NCBI GenBank assembly: GCA_030141605.1
Contig: JAQGDQ010000997.1
Location: forward strand, 1-64,000
Direction: 5' to 3'
DNA: 64,000 nucleotides
From: Tubiluchus corallicola
Lineage: Eukaryota; Animalia; Priapulida
Numbering within the stretch: the stretch's first letter is position 1; every line of letters begins with the position of its first letter. Shown here piece after piece: positions 62,791-64,000 of this stretch. The notes beneath the pieces were generated by a model. It searched no databases, was not told where the DNA came from, and was given only the letters and a program-made list of their open reading frames with translations. The translations under genes were made by a program, and so were the position numbers.

Positions 62791-64000
62791 CTAGAAAAAT
62801 ATTAATTAAATCAGATAAAAGCAGTATGTATTCACATCAAACTCGACAATACCACAAATTCCGTATTCCTAAGAGCAGAACAAACGTTATGAAACATTCA
62901 GTCATGTATAATGATGCTGTAATGTGGAATAATTTACCCAGTAAAATAAAACAAGCCAGTAATATAAATAAATTTAAGAAACTTTTAAAAAAATATTTAC
63001 TAGAAAATATTTGATTTGATAAATGATGTAAGACGTAAATTTTTTACCATAATTATACAATTTTATCGTACTAATCAAGTTTTAATCTTTTTACCGGCAC
63101 TTTTAGTCTATTTACACCTACTTGTGTGTTTATATTGTACTAACCATATACTATGTATTTTCTACTTTTAGCAGTAATTTTACTTTCTGTACGTTGTCGA
63201 TGTTTTACGGTGTTTTAATGGACATATAAGCCTCTTGACTTCAGTTCGTAGATGTATTATAAATAAATAAATAAAATAAATAAATAAATAAATAAAATAA
63301 ATAAATCAAAAAATAAAGTAGTATTAAATAACAAATTTACAACGGCTTCTACCAAAATTGATGCAAAATTGATACTGATGAAACAAAAACGTTGAACATA
63401 TTTTTGGAAACCACTTCTGGCGTGATTTTCAAATTTGTTATCAAAATCCCATTAACTGGCTTCTGCCGGAAAACCTTAATATAAGCTGCCTTAGGAACTA
63501 ATGATCTGTTGAAGTTGTTATTATTCGGAAAAGATGAATTTAACTATGTTGCTAACTGTAAAATATTCCAATGTATACATGACTTTATATTACGTACTAA
63601 ACGCTTCCAGTAGTTTCTATCTGATATGAAATGCATCAGTCTTAAATAATCGTACATTAATATTTACTAACCGTCATTTTCTACTAATGTCTAATGTAAT
63701 CTCGTAGTAAAACTTGTCAGCTTGTGTAGTTATAGTCTATTCTTACTGTAAATGTTACTAATGTCTAATGTAATCTTGTAGTAAAACTTGTCAGCTTGTG
63801 TAGTTATAGTCTATTCTTACTGTAAATGTTACTAATGTCTAATGTAATCTTGTAGTAAAACTTGTCAGCTTGTGTAGTTATAGTCTATTCTTACTGTAAA
63901 TGTTACTAATGTCTAATGTAATCTTGTAGTAAAACTTGTCAGCTTGTGTAGTTATAATCTATTCTTACTGTAAATGTTCTTGTAAATAGTGTATAAAGTC

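Overview
AT-rich, repeat-rich animal genomic DNA; the 5S-derived sequences and CR1-type LINE ends look lophotrochozoan, probably mollusc-like (inference). The + strand carries the last 15 coding exons (1000-22806, about 760-770 aa when spliced by hand in phase) of a TRPM-family cation channel. These cover the MHR4/pre-S1 region, S1-S6, a YGELF filter, the TRP box WRFHR and a coiled coil, then a stop with no NUDT9-H or kinase domain. The window is dominated by a giant, near-perfect inverted duplication: left arm 7551 (or earlier)-34213, right arm 37305-64000 (running off the window), and a 3091-bp unique spacer. This places a second, intact copy of the last 8 TRPM exons on the - strand in a tail-to-tail arrangement. 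Two intronic minisatellites (113 bp x11 and 72 bp x~19) are built from an exon tail plus its 5' splice site. The first forms an array of frame-breaking decoy micro-exons; the second forms an array of in-frame alternative donors in the outer pore loop. The rest is CR1/L2-like LINE 3' fragments, 5S-derived SINE-like elements, solo LTRs, MITEs and many micro/minisatellites. Most long ORFs in the track are repeat artefacts.
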